DNA from: Haliotis rubra
Lineage: Eukaryota
DNA length: 64,000 nucleotides
Assembly (NCBI RefSeq): GCF_003918875.1
Contig: NW_025765092.1
Coordinates: 1,860,001-1,924,000, forward strand
Reading direction: 5' to 3'
The notes below the pieces were generated by a model that was not told where the DNA came from, made no database searches, and saw nothing but the letters and a program-made list of their open reading frames with translations. Both the position numbers and the translations under genes were made by a program. Below are positions 1 to 13,413 of the stretch, in pieces. Positions within the stretch are counted from its first letter, which is position 1. The number at the start of each line of letters is the position of its first letter.

Positions 1-720
1 CCATCCAAGTCAGACTCACAGTCAATTACTTCAATCATGAACCACCTAACGAACATATTCAGTCATACAGTTCCACCACCTACCACCCAAGTAAGACTCA
101 CGGCCAATTACTTTAACCATGCACCACCTAAACAACATACTGCATGAGTCATACAGCTCCACCACCTACCACCCAAGTAAGACTCACAGCCAATTACTTC
201 AACCATGCACCACCTAAACAACATACTGCATGAGTCATACAGTCCCACCACCTACAGTCCAAATAAGACTCACAGCCAATTACATGTACTTCAATCATGC
301 ACACCTAACGAACATATTCAGTCATACAGTTCCACCACCTACCACCCAAGTAAGACTCACAGTCAATTACTTCAACCATGCACCACCTAAACAACATACT
401 GCATGAGTCCACCACCTACAGTCCAAGTAAGACTCACCCACCTAATCATGCACCACCTAAATAACATACTGCATGAGTCATACAGTCCCAGACTCACGAC
501 CAGCCAATTACTTCAATCATGCACCACCTAAACAACATACTGCATGAGTCATACAGTCCCACCACCTACCACCCAAGTAAGACTCACAGCCAATTACTTC
601 AATCATGCACCACCTAAACAACATACTGCATAAACAACATACTGCATGAGTCATACAGTCCCACCACCTACAGTGCCACCACCTACAGTCCAAGTAAGAC
701 TCGCCACCACCCAGTTCACC
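1..720. repeat. Minisatellite, ~85-bp unit, ~8 degenerate copies, truncated by the window start
   Basis: Recurring unit CACAGCCAATTACTTCAACCATGCACCACCTAAACAACATACTGCATGAGTCATACAG...CCAAGTAAGACT. Confidence 0.9.
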
Positions 721-1796
721 TACTACCCCATGTTGTTCAACCAAGCACCACCCACGTAATACCCTCGTCTATGAAGTTCCACCTTGTTCCACAGCATTTA
801 TCCTACTATGTAACCACCAACAACGCCTGTCAGATCTACCACTCGCCGTCATACACAATTGGCGTCTCTGTGGTTATTTATATCCACGGTTAAGAAGCAA
901 TTTGTCCAAAGGGTTCATCAGGTACCGTGACAGCTAGCAATGTTGAACGTGTATAATACAACAGCATGGGGACTATTCCAGGAGCCAAAGGCGGGAACGG
1001 ATTGTGTCAAATTATATGAATGCCACCTTATTTGCATTTATAAAATAAATCTATAAAGCTGTGTACAGTCAATCTATCTCTATATATATACATGTATGTA
1101 CCAGAACCTGAACCAATGCTAGGATATTCGTGAAAATAACATACCATACTAATTGTCTCGATTTCCCCAATTAGCAAGCAGGCAGACAGACAGAACTTTA
1201 ATAGTTTGTGATGTCGTACTTCAGGACCAGTTTAATGTACCAAAATTCACAAAAACTGTAACGTCTTTCTATAAGTCATCTTTTTTCTGTAAATTAGGCA
1301 ACAGGCGTTTGCCCTCACATGCAAGAACCACACATTCCTTTGATGTTGAAAAAAGGAAGGGCGTGCATATCTTTCAAGTACCTTAGTTAAATTGTGTAGC
1401 ATTCCATTGATCATTGTATGACATAGTCCAGGAGGATGGCGCAAGGTGGCTACTTCAGCATGTCTTTTCCTGACATTTCATTTTTGTCTGGCTTCTCCCA
1501 GTCAATGACCAAAAAACATGAATTCATAGTTTATCTTTTTTAGTAACAAACTGTTAACAGTATAAAAAATACCAATTACGTATTTTTCTGAAGTACAATC
1601 CAAAATCCAATAAAAGCACAGAAATGTGTTCAATATTTAAGGATTTCGTTATTCTAAGCTTGTACTCCATACACATTAATTAATGATTAAAATATACTCA
1701 TTATTGGAAATTGGGCAATAATTTAATACGTAATCCCTGATATAATATAAGTCTCTATATACATACACGTCAACATCACAGCGTATTAATAATTCA

Positions 1797-2028
1797 TACC
1801 AACTGAAGATCCAGGTTAGGTTCGGGTCAGAAACCCAAGGCTTGTCGTAACAGGCGACTGACGGTAAATTGTAGTCACACTCTGAGTCTTTCTTTGATGC
1901 GAAACATCGTATCCCATTTCCGTAGATCGATGCTCATGCTGTCAGTCACTGGAGTGTCTGGTCCAGAATCGATTACTTTCAGACCGTCATCACATAGCTG
2001 GAATGTTGCCTGGCGCAACAAACAACAA
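1797..2028 (+). mobile_element. Family A retroposon, old diverged copy
   Basis: GCTTGTCGTAACAGGCGACT head remnant, GATCGATGCTCATGCTG and TGTCTGGTCCAGA body motifs, ATAGCTGGAATGTTGC tail. Confidence 0.8.
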
Positions 2029-2283
2029 TTCATGCATTTGTGTTTACTCTGTTATGTTTGTTTCTGGTTTAAACTGTAAATGGACGGTCAAAAGTATTTT
2101 CAGTAGATATAGAAATCGTATTTTTAAACGAAATCTAAAAATAATTCAATGGAGGTCGACTTGAATATAATTGTTAAATTCGTTAAAGTATTATTTAAAT
2201 TCCTGTGCTTCCATAAACAGATATTGCTCAAGCAATTTTTTGTTGGATAATGAATGTTCCGCTTTGGCATTCATCTGCATGTA

Positions 2284-2369
2284 AACTCGTACTAATAATG
2301 GTTGCCCCCCCCGCACCCCCCCAGCCTATTAATAAAATTGAAGGGGGTGACAACCATTATTGGCGAGTA
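2284..2369. mobile_element. Small palindromic MITE, same family as 9878-10010
   Basis: Inverted ends AATAATGGTTG(C)CCCC / GGGGTGACAACCATTATT. Confidence 0.65.
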
Positions 2370-2439
2370 TATATGGTCAATATATACACAAGTGAAGGCA
2401 CAGTATCTTTTCGAAAGTGGTCAGATGTAATATAGGATA

Positions 2440-2585
2440 TACTTGGGACTTTCACAGCAAAGTGCAGATTTTAGCTAGTACTTTTTGGTTTGTGCCCCTT
2501 GCGGGATTCGAACCACACTCTCAGAATGAGGCAGCACATCGCTAGCACAGAAAGTCAGCGATCCAACCCACTCAGCCATCGCGAG
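2440..2585 (-). mobile_element. tRNA-derived SINE-like element (family D) with a long spacer between A and B boxes
   Basis: Minus strand reads GATGGCTGAGTGG (A box) ... GGTTCGAATCCC (B box) then CAAAAAGTACTAG; related pieces at ~8915-9060 (+) and ~60185-60270 (-). Confidence 0.55.
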
Positions 2586-4800
2586 GAAGGGAAAGGGAAC
2601 CAGCACATAGAGTACTCGAGAAACCAGAAGGTGTAATGCCAAAAGAAACCATGTGTTAAATATGGAAGTGCATGTTGAAAACACCGCATCCCAGCATGGT
2701 ATCATCGATCAATGCTGTACATCTGCATGTGTATTCCTCAAGGAAAACCTATTGTCTGAAATGCTGTACAAAGACCACGAAGTTCGTGACCAAAGTCAGC
2801 GCTGCCTTAAACAATTCATTATGGTCTGTGAATTGCCGGTGTGAAGTGGACATTTCTGCATAATTGCCATCCCTTCGGACATTTATATCCCTGCTTCGCT
2901 GGTCAATAAGCAATTTGCTCAAAAGCTATCGTAGATATTGTCGTTCTCTGAGGACCATCCAAACAATGCAACGCGTGTATGATGCAACAGTCTGAGGAAT
3001 ATTCCAAGAGTCAAAGACCGGAATGGTTTCTGTCAAACCTGACATGCAGATTGTACACCTTCAGACAGTAAGGAGATACAGCGTCCCATTGGAACCATTT
3101 ACATTAACATTAGAGGGGATCGTTAGCTTTGCAATTGAAATGGCCTTGGAAGTCAGACAAAACGAGCGCCACTAGATGATTAAAGTATATCGGGTGTCTT
3201 AAGTTTCGGGTGTCTTAAGTGAAGAACATGGATTATGTCTGATGTAAAATGACAACGTTGTTGACATTGTATCAGCTGCTACTTTTTTGACATATGACAC
3301 AAACATATTTTCATTATGATATCAGTATTAGTTAGTTATCTTATCTGAAATATTAATATCCGATGGTCATAATTAATGTCACCCCATGCAAACACGCATA
3401 TATAGTGAGGACAATAATTATGAATATAAACATATGCTCTGGTGTACAAATGGGACGAAAATAGTATCCTTAATTTCTTCTAGAATTTTCACACAGTATA
3501 TTACACCTAAAAATATATGTCTTTCAATAGTAAAATGGTTCCTGGAATGGTATAAATCACTTGCCATCTTTTACTGCTTAAGGTTATTGCCAGGCCGAAC
3601 ACTTAACACTAGAATGTGTCTACGTGTGTAAGCCAATAATACTATTAGCATATTTAGTTCAACCTTTAGCAGTTTCTAGGTAAATCATACACGATCTCCT
3701 TATCGTTAATGTTTCCTAATCACAAACATTCTATTTTTACTCTTTAAACGATCCATGGGCTGTAAGGTATTGCATTTACCCTAAAAGGAGCCTGTAATTG
3801 AGACGGACATTTGCCTTGAATACTTAGGGGATCGACAAATAATCCTATCCAATCATCCGCTGTGTGTGCATAAAATACGATCAGGGTCAAGTCATTTGAT
3901 ATCTGTAGCCTGATGGGTTGGAGTGGTGTTATGTTTCGTAATTGACTTTCCCTATTTCGTGTCACAGAGTCGGCGATATCGTCATCAACGCGTTTCATTG
4001 GTGGATTTGATCGAACCATTGTTTCGGCCTCTGAACCTTTTAGATCTCCTCGTGTTGCGTTTACATCCATGATTTGAATCAATATTAACAGCGGATAGAT
4101 TAAGAGTATAATTAATTATGGTTAGATTTTGTTAAATCGGTGATAACCGTAAACATGTTTATTATGCATGCACGTAGAAGGTACATTAACACAAAGTATC
4201 ATATAAATAAGTACACAAGGAGTTGAGTCGGGTATAACAAAGGTGATTTGACGTGTCCCACTGTGGGCCATAGTTCATTTAAACCCTTATGCAGATCTGG
4301 TATCTTGATCTTTCTGCGACATATTTGTGATGTGAAGCACTTCTGTTTGTTCCAATTACAGTCCTAGGGCCAAATGTTAGAAAAGTCCCTATCTTTTAGG
4401 ATCTCTCAGCAGCAGTAAAAGCGTTATCCAGTAATTGGTATGACACCTCCCACCCTCCAGAGATTCTTGTCAATGTGGAACTAGACACAGAATGTATCAG
4501 GTTGCTGAAAACAAACAAGGATTACCCCGCAGTTGAAACAGTGTCCACATGTTCATAGACCAACTGCATGAGTATTAACCACATGGTTTAATGGACGGTG
4601 ACAAGCACTTGTTCAACATGGTCAAGATATGCAGTATGGGTGGTAAGGCCTGGTGTATCATATTACCCGATAATGATGTTATCTCTACATTTGGCCTAGG
4701 AGTAATTAATCGACCAAAAGAATATGCACGCACTATATTTGTTGTGGTGGTAATATATATTACATATATAACATTACATGGTAGCTTACAGTATATTAAG

Positions 4801-5040
4801 ACCCGTGAAGATCCGGGTTAGAATTGATCTTCAGTAACCCATGCTTGTCGTAAGAAGCGACTAACAGGATCCGGTGGTCAAGCTCGCTGACTTGGTTGAC
4901 ACATGTCATCGGTTCCCATTTGCATAGACTGATGCTCATGCTGTTGATCACTGGATTGTCTGGTCCAGACTCGATTATTTACAGACAGCCGCCATATAGC
5001 TGTAATATTGCTGAGTGCGGTGTAAAACTAAACTCACTCT
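4801..5040 (+). mobile_element. Family A retroposon, full length
   Basis: Starts ACCCGTGAAGATCCGGGTTAG, ends GCGGTGTAAAACTAAACTCAC; degraded TSD TACAGTATATTAA / CACAGAATATTGA. Confidence 0.9.
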
Positions 5041-5599
5041 TTCACAGAATATTGAAAAATACAAACCTACCAAGCTTCATATTTCAGACAAAAATTTGTA
5101 AAGCTGACCTTAATAAGTTCGTAAAGTGCTACTTTCCTCTGAAAGAACCATGAACTGACTCCCCAAAATGAATGTAAGGACCAATGGTTATTAATAACAT
5201 TAATTCAAGGATCTGTTCATTGTTCACTTGTACCGGACCCATTGAGTCTACTGGTTAGCATGAGAGAAGAGTTGGTATCATGCACAATCCACAACGAACT
5301 GATTAACCAAAGGCGATACACCACAAATGTAACATAAACCAGATTAATACAATCCACTTTAAGTAAGGCCGTGATCGTAATGGCCTACCAACCCCGAATG
5401 CAGTTAAGTTTCGAAACGTGTCCTGAATTGCTCTGTGACATTGTCTGTGCAGTACGACGACAAATGTATCTCATCTGAGGGCCATTTGTCATAATTTTTG
5501 TGTGCACATTTGGCGTTGATTACGTTTGTGTAGAACGGAAGATGATCAACCCTCCATCACTGGCATGCGTTACTTGTCAGCATCTGTATCAAGTTGTTG

Positions 5600-6660
5600 C
5601 CATAGACTGCTGCTATGTATCTGCCGGGTCAGTCTGCCGCTATATGTCTGCATTGTAAGGTTGTTGTTCTGCGTCTGAAGGGTGAGATTGCTGCTGTGTG
5701 TCTATAGGGTGATGTTGCTGGTATGCGTCTGAAGGGTGATGTTGCTGCCGTGTGAGGTGAGGTGAGGTGGCCGCTATATGTCTGTAGGGTGAGGTGGCTG
5801 CTATATGTCTGTCGGGTGAGGTTGCTACTATATGTATGTCGGGTGAGGTTGCTGCTATGTGTCTGTATGGTGAGGTGGCCGCTGTGTGTAGGGTGAGGTG
5901 GCCGCAATATGTCTGTAGGGTAAGGTTGCTGCCGTGTATCTATGGGGTGAAATTGTTACCCCGTGTCTGTAAGGTGAGGTTGCTGCTATGTGTCTGTAGG
6001 GTGAAGTTACTACCATGTGTCTCCAGGGTGAGGTGGCTGCTATGTGTCTGTAGGATGAGGCTGCTGCTATATGTCTGTAGGGTGAGGTTGCTGCCATGTG
6101 TCTGTAGGGGAAGGTTGCTACTATGTGTATGTAGGGTGAGGTTAATGCTATGCATCTGTAGGGTGAGGTTGATGCTATGTGTCTGTAGGGTGAGGTTGAT
6201 GCTATGTATCTGTAGGGTGAGGTTGATGCTATGTATCTGTAGGATGGGGTTGATGCTATGTATCTGTATGGTGAGGTTGTTGCTATGTATCTGTAGGGTG
6301 AGGTGGCTGCTGTGTCTGTAGGGTGAGGTTGATGCTATGTATCTGTAGGGTGAGGTTGTTGCTATGTATCTGTAGGGTGAGGTTGATGCTATGTATCTGT
6401 AGGGTGAGGTGGCCGCTGTGTATCTGTAGGGTGGGGTTGATGCTATGTGTCTGTAGAGTGAGGTTGTTGCTATGCATCTGTAGGGTGAGGTTGTTGCTAT
6501 GTGTCTGTAGGGTGAGGTTGATGCTATGTATCTGTAGGGTGAGGTTGATGCTATGCTTCTGTAGGGTGAGGTTGATGCCATGTATCTTTAGGGTGAGGTG
6601 GCCGCTGTGTATCTGTAGGGTGGGGTTGATGCTATGTGTCTGTAGAGTGAAGTTACCACT
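5600..6660. repeat. 27-bp minisatellite, ~39 copies
   Basis: Unit GTAGGGTGAGGTTGATGCTATGTATCT; explains the 9-aa periodic ORFs such as CRVRLMLCI. Confidence 0.95.
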
Positions 6661-7809
6661 ACATATGTCTATACATTCAGGTTACACCTGATGCGTGGGA
6701 AAACGTGGAACGCTTTGGTAATGCGACAAGAAGACTGTGTTGCTCTGTGACATTAGGAACATTACTAAAACAGATAACCATGCGTGGGCGACTGGCTCAG
6801 TGTGGATCTTAATACAAGCGGTGACGGATTAGATTCAGAGTAACATGACGGTCATCACTTCTTATCACGACTGTTTCTTATGCATTTAGTATCCAGTCGA
6901 AAATAGCCAGTCGACAAATCGGTCACCGGTTCAATCGTAAAACTAAATCTTGTAAGCCTCGCCACTGAGACAGTAGCCTGTCTGTTCATTTGATTACTCA
7001 TAGCGGATACAGAGATAAGCATTGGTCCACACATATAGTCCACTCGGGACTTTCCTCATTAGTTAATAGTCCCACTTCTGTATTGGACCATTGAACAAAA
7101 GGCTCCGTGGCCGCTGCGCCATGGTTTAACGAGTTAAGAAATGATTTAGCTTCGACAGCAAATGGCAGGCGGGACCATTGGAACACGATCGCTGATTGCT
7201 ACTGCTGCACAGGGGCGTTTTTATTGCTTTTAGGATTGCTGTCAGGGAGGACCTCAATGCGAATAATTACGATACCAACTTGCACTAACAAGTAGATAAT
7301 TACTTAAACGATATTTGAAACCTGGCACGGTGAAATCTTGAGTTAACTTTGATTTTTGTTTTTATTTTTAAGTCATCCACTTCTTTATCCACTACCACAG
7401 AATAGTTGCAGTTCGCATGTACCCATTTTCTACCTTTGTTAGTGCGCATGTTAGCTGTGCTACCGTTTAGTCTTGGGGTTTCGCTTCAACTTCGCCACTG
7501 TTTGCTAATTACTAATTGTACTAATTATTTTCACTACATGTGAATGTACAGTTTTGTAGTATAATTCACGCTCTTTCTGTACACATATCATACTTTACAT
7601 TAGGTTTTTTTATAAGACGGCTCTAGCTATTTTTGTACTGCAAACTACCACAAATCCTGTTAATCAGCCGGTCAGGTTTAATTAGGCGACGCTGAAGACT
7701 TCTCAGAAGTCCGCACACACGAGATGAGACTGCAGGCTGAGTAATGGTCAGCACTTACAGTGACTGTTGGCCATGTGTGGACGAACTGCTACCGTTTGTC
7801 TCCTGATGA

Positions 7810-8338
7810 TCCAGCTAACAATTTCACGGTGTCACAACGTTATGTTTTCGTTGTTACAACGTTATTCTGTCGACTCCCATTTACGTTGTCACAACTGACG
7901 TGACGTTGTCATACGTCACTTTCACGTCGTCACAATGTTAAAGTTATTTGATGCTAACCTATTTTACGTTGTCTTACGTTCTATTTAACGTTAATAGTTA
8001 AATGGTTTACTCAGTAGTGAGCAGTACATAAGAAACGAAGCAGAAATTGACTTCAATGTTTATTCTCAATTTGAATGTTGTTTTGGTCGTGTGTTTTCTG
8101 AAGCTGTAGCTGAACAGAGAAGAGAGAATCTCAAGGTGAACAGTTTTACAGAAAACTATATCGTGACACCAAGTTATTGTGTAATAGTCGACACATAGTG
8201 TTTTGATAACGTATATAGGTAACGTTGTGAAATAACGTTATAAAATGACGTAATACTAACGTTGTGACAACGTTGCGTGATGACGTTACCCTTCTACAAC
8301 CTTTCCCATCGTTGCGAAAACGTTGTGTGTTAGCTGGG
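7810..8338. mobile_element. MITE with CCCAGCTAACA termini and ACAACGTT-rich subterminal inverted repeats
   Basis: Left TCCAGCTAACA...GTCACAACGTT; right AACGTTGTGAC...TGTTAGCTGGG. Confidence 0.7.
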
Positions 8339-9287
8339 TGAAGTCTCAATCTGGAGACTTGGATGAAGAGATACAGATAGTTTTCTGTACTGCTGGTGGT
8401 ATTGCGTATGTATGTTCAGGATATATGGTTTATGGCAGTTTGTACTCAATTTTAGATTACATATATCTATAGATTAACTTGACCGGTGAAAGTACCAGTG
8501 TTGTTTATTTGTAAAGTGGGCTAATATAGTCGTGCTCTCATTTATTTAGCGATAGGAAATTCAACCAAGAGCCTGTGTGTCTGTATAGTAGGCTTATGCA
8601 ATCTTACTTACATCAAGGAGTGCCATTTAGTGTCCCTTACTTTTTAAAGCAATTAACGTATTACTAAGTGCATTTGTACTCAAGTAATGGCACTAAGTGC
8701 ATTTGTACTCACCCAAGTAATGATAGTTTATTAGTCTTGTTAACACCCTGTGAGTGGTTTGCAATTAGGCCCCAATTACCTCGACAATTAATTGTCACTA
8801 GCTTGTATTTCTGTAGAGCAGGTAGTTTAGCTTAGTTGCGTCTCGGTTGTTTATCTGCTTGAGCGATTAGACTAATTACGGGTTCATCAGACAGAGGTGT
8901 GTATTGGGGTGTCGTTGTGGTGACTTTTGTTTCGCTTGATTGAACATCTAAATATTCACTCTGAGGGTGTGGGTTCGAATCTCGGATGAAACTCAGCCCA
9001 ACAAAAGTACAAGAATCGGCACATTAGTGAGAAAGTGTAATCCCAACCATAACATATGTTACATCTAAAGTGTTGTCTCAATAAATTGAGTTAACCACAT
9101 CCGTCTGACGTTGCATTTCTAGTTATTTTCCTGGTAGCTGTCACCGTGACAGAGGCATCCGTCTGTAACGGAGAAAATCCGCGTTCGATTCCTCGAATTT
9201 CAAGAATGTTTAAACAAATTCTTGGTATATTCTGCCGTTAAAATTCACTCGCGTGTTTAATCGTTTTACAAATGCCCAAGCATTCTA

Positions 9288-9430
9288 GAGTGACTGAGTA
9301 AGCTTTTATGCCGCTTTTAGCAATATTTCAACAATATCACGGCGGGGGACACCAGAAATGGGCTTCACACATTGTACATATGTGGGGAATCGAACCCGGG
9401 ACTTCAGCGTGACGAGCGGATGCTTTAAAC
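9288..9430 (-). mobile_element. Family B tRNA-derived SINE, 5'-truncated
   Basis: GGGGAATCGAACCCGGG (reverse B box), CACGGCGGGGGACACCAGAAATGGGCTTCACAC body. Confidence 0.85.
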
Positions 9431-9877
9431 ATTGTGGAGCACATCTTTATTAAAACTTTACAGAAAGAAACATTTTCTACTTACACCTAGTACAAAGTCA
9501 TTTCAAAACATTTTACTGTTTACACTCATATGGATTTACTAAACGTCGCCTTGTCGCATGTTGTTCACCCATACTGTGTTAGTTTGTTTGGTTTCAGTGA
9601 TCCATACTGATATCAATATAAATATTTTCAGCGCCATTTTTCCTTCCAAGCCTAGTATGTCTCCCAGGCTAAAGAGAGTAAATATAAACTCGATTTCAGC
9701 TCAAGTCCAGAATGATCTACATGTATATCATTGTTTTACTTTGAATATTTATGTCATTGAAAAAAATACCTTTATTCTGTGACTAATCTTTATTGTCTTT
9801 TCAAAGCCATGGGAAATCTGTTTCTGCAACAGTTAGAGACTCGTTATGCCCTGGTGCTGATGTTTGGAATGAATGTA

Positions 9878-10010
9878 TACTCATGCCAATAATGGTTGTC
9901 ACCCCCTTCAATTTTTTAATTGGAGAGGGGGTATGGCGTGGGGGTTGGGGTGTGAGGTGTGTGTGGGGTTGTGGTGGGGAGGGGGATGACAACCATTATT
10001 GGCATGAGTA
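9878..10010. mobile_element. MITE with ~28-bp TIR and TA TSD (Tc1/mariner-type)
   Basis: TA|TACTCATGCCAATAATGGTTGTCACCCC ... GGGGATGACAACCATTATTGGCATGAGTA|TA. Confidence 0.85.
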
Positions 10011-10627
10011 TATGAGGAATTTAAGTTCCTCTTTGTGAGGTGTATAATCTTTGCATATCCGTTTGCTTCAAATTCGTCTTAGGACATTATTTCAGTGTTG
10101 GTGAATCATATTGTTGAATCATTATAACATGAATCTCACTATATTCGTCAGTTCATGTTTTTCGGATTTGTGAAAGAGTGTTTGCAAGGAATGTCGGTGG
10201 CCCCATCCCCGACCGTTTCATACCAACTAGGGTAGTCGTGGTGCTTGATGTTACCCTGCCTGACCCTCGACAGTAAGGTGATCCGCTGCTGATCTGCTCA
10301 GCATAACTAGTATACTTGGAATAGAGTGTGGTATCCATGTAAAACTGCGACAAGGTATAGCAAGGGCCATCACTGACGGTGTCCACCCATACCGCCTATT
10401 TTTTATGTACAAGGTAGGGGTAGGCCAGTAGGTGGTATGGGTTTGTCATGGTGGGTTAATTAACGAAAATTAGATGGTATGGGTATGGAAGAGTTCAAGT
10501 TGAAACATTGGAGGGGTGTATTACACAAATCAAGTTCATTATTACACATTAAGAATGTAAATAATAGCACAAGCCATGCTCATTGTCGTAAAATTGTCAT
10601 TGACACCTACTTACAAACATACGTATA

Positions 10628-10924
10628 GACGGTTATCTCCCAATTGACAGACACCAATTTGACAGACACCCAATTGGCAGACACTGAACTACAAATGTTT
10701 ATGAAAATAAACTGTTTTGATATTGCAGCAATAAAAATTACTGTCTTCTCGTCCATCTTTCAAAATAAACAATATAGCTTCAGTTTGTTCCTGTGTTTTT
10801 ATTTGGACTATTCCATTATAATGTGTGAGTAACAGGTAGTAGATAATCTGTTCACTGAACCGTAAATGTTGTTGTTTTAAGGTGTCTGCGAACTGGCTGG
10901 CTGCGTAATGGGAGGACACCGTAT
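10628..10924. mobile_element. Probable MITE with subterminal CAGACAC repeats
   Basis: Left ACGGTTATCTCCCAATTGACAGACACC followed by two more AATT..CAGACAC units; the right end reverse-complemented reads ACGGTGTCCTCCCATTACGCAGCC...GCAGACACC. Confidence 0.5.
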
Positions 10925-11230
10925 AGACCCACACACGTACGCACACATTCCATGTCAATCTCATTTGCAGCCTTGTGGTGATGGAATGAGGAATAAAATT
11001 ATTCCCCGGAAATATTTCATGTCACAGTTGTCGAGTGTGGCTGATTATTTGTCACTGTGCCCCACGACATGTACCGCTGCTCATGGTCACGGCCATATTG
11101 TTTCAATATATTCGATCAAAGACAGATATATTGCTCACATTTGCAATCTTTTACTGAATACGATCATTTGTAGTTTAACGACACAGTCACCAATATAATA
11201 AAACGTCATGACATTGACATTACAACAAAA

Positions 11231-11400
11231 AGTGAGTGAGTGAGTACTGTTTTACGCCGCTTTTAGCAATATTCCAGCAATATCACGGCGGGGACACCAG
11301 AAATGGGCTTCACACAATGTAGCCATGTGGGGAATCGAACCCGGGTCTTCGGCGTGACGAGCGAACGCTTTAACCATATGCATTAGGCTACCCCACCGCC
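11231..11400 (-). mobile_element. Family B tRNA-Asp-like SINE, full length
   Basis: Minus strand GGCGGTGGGGTAGCCTA...CGCTCGTCACGCCGAAGACCCGGGTTCGATTCCCC, shared tail, (CTCA)n. Confidence 0.9.
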
Positions 11401-12025
11401 AGCCCATTTCCCACAAAGAGGGATAATGCACATGTTAATTAATATTATTGACTTAAAAAGTGTTTATATTCGCTAAGGTCATCACATTCTTGCCAGATCT
11501 GTTAAAAAAAACCCTATCTGACAAATTAATGTAATTAAAATGCTAACTTTTCAAACAAAATAAACCCCAAAGTAATTGAAAATAGTTTTATAAAAATATG
11601 CCATGATCTTCTAAGCTGAAAAGCTAATAGGTGTTTGGAAATCTAAATACATTTCCAAATTTGGTCTTTTCTTTGCTTTTCCTGGAAATCCCGCATATCG
11701 GGCCATGATTCACAACATCCTGTTAACGGACGTCTGTGTACAATTATCTTCCGTCCTAGTCCTAGTTCCCAGAATTAAGGATCCCAAAAGGCAAATCCTG
11801 TTCTAAATAACATACTATTATCGTGCGTAATAAAACTGCAGGAACGTATTTATATCAAATAGTTTTATTTGTGATGTTGTGAACCTTTTCGGAAGTAATT
11901 TTTTCCAATTAAATCTATATTTTTGTTACGACGGTCGTTTTCTTTTAATAGCAAGCCAACAGCCTGTAGATATCTCCACCGAATTAAATCATCACTACTT
12001 CCCTTTCCTGACCCTATTAAGAAAA

Positions 12026-12300
12026 GGGGCGGTGGGGTACTCTATTGGTTAAAGCGTTCGCTCGTCACGCCGAAGACCCGGGTTCGATCCTCAACATGGG
12101 TAAAATGTGTGAAGCTCACTTCTGGTGTCCTCCGCCGTGATATTTGCAGGGATTTTGCCAAAACGGCGTGAAACCATACTCACTCACTCACTCCAGATAT
12201 ATGGCGGAGGTCTGTAAATAATCGAGTCTGGACCAAACAATCCAGTGATCAACAGCATGAGCATGGATCTACGCAAATGGGATACGATGACACGTGTAAA
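12026..12300. mobile_element. Family B SINE (+, 12026-12193) abutting a family A fragment (-)
   Basis: GGGGCGGTGGGGTA...GGTTCGATCC...CTCACTCAC followed by ATATGGCGGAGGTCTGTAAATAATCGAGTCTGG. Confidence 0.8.
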
Positions 12301-12685
12301 AAAGCTAAAAAGGTGCGTAAAACTATACTCGCTCACTCACCCTGATGAAAATGTGAGTGAGTGAGTGGGTGGGGTTTAACGTCTCTTGAAACTCTATTGA
12401 AATATACGCCCGAACTGACCTCTGAGAGCTCATGTTTCACAGGTGATGATTGGAATGATCAGAAAGGCGAAATTCGAATTCGAACCCTCGATGTTAGTGT
12501 CATCGACACCGATATACACTGCACTACATCACGACCTCCACAAACCGCCTTTAGCATGTACTTATGAATATTTAATCGTTATAGTTATGTATGCGGTAAG
12601 TATATGTTTAGAAATATATATGCAAAAACACTCTAAGAAACTTCTAGCAATTTAATGGGCTGAAATCTGACGGGATTTCATAACA

Positions 12686-12843
12686 GTGAGTGAGTGAGTT
12701 TAGTTTTACGCCGCTTTTAGCAATATTGCGGCAATATCACGTCGGGGCACATCAGAAATGAGCTTCACACATTGTGCCCATGTGGCGAATCGAACCCGGG
12801 TCTTCGGCGTGACGAGCGAACCACAGGACTACCCCTGCGTCCC
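12686..12843 (-). mobile_element. Family B SINE with 12-bp TSD
   Basis: TSD GATTTCATAACA at 12674-12685 and 12844-12855. Confidence 0.9.
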
Positions 12844-13413
12844 GATTTCATAACACGGGATCTTACAACACGTGAGAGAAGAATGGCATGACGAAGACGG
12901 GCTTATTTCTTTCGTTTCTAATCTTGGGGATTCGTTACATACACTTGTAAGTATAGTAACATAGAGGTTATCATATAGGAAAAAATAATTCAAGGTTAAA
13001 ATTTGTAGGAAGATATCACCAGCACGATGCGCTCACTCAGACACGCTTTATCAACAGCGAACGCTGAATATGAAATTTGTCGTATCATCGCAGGACGCTA
13101 TATTTGACCCTATCTGATAGCATTGACTGATATGTTACTCAAGACATGGTACGGCATTGATAACTTATCATTCCTGATAAAACTACTAGCGGTGCTCATT
13201 CAAACAAAGGCTGTTTATCAACAATGCCTTCCTTTGATGTTTCGATACATAACTGAAGCTTGCAGTGCGCCTTTAATAATTAAGGACCATGAAGTGAGTG
13301 AGTGAGTGAGTTAGTGAGTGAGTTGGGTTTAACACCTCTTTGAACAGTAGTTTAGTTCAGTTATATCACGGTGTATCACGGCTTGATAAAGCTCATTGTT
13401 ATGCAGGTGTCAG

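Noticed and set aside
4896-5153. Recurrent ORF MLMLLITGLSGPDSIIYRPPPYSWNIAECGVK as a small-protein gene family
   Set aside because: It is the translation of family A; starts, stops and frames differ between copies.
5629-6691. Long Cys/Arg-rich and Ser/Pro/Tyr-rich ORFs of up to 213 aa
   Set aside because: Open frames on both strands come from a stop-free 27-bp minisatellite; no splice or start context.
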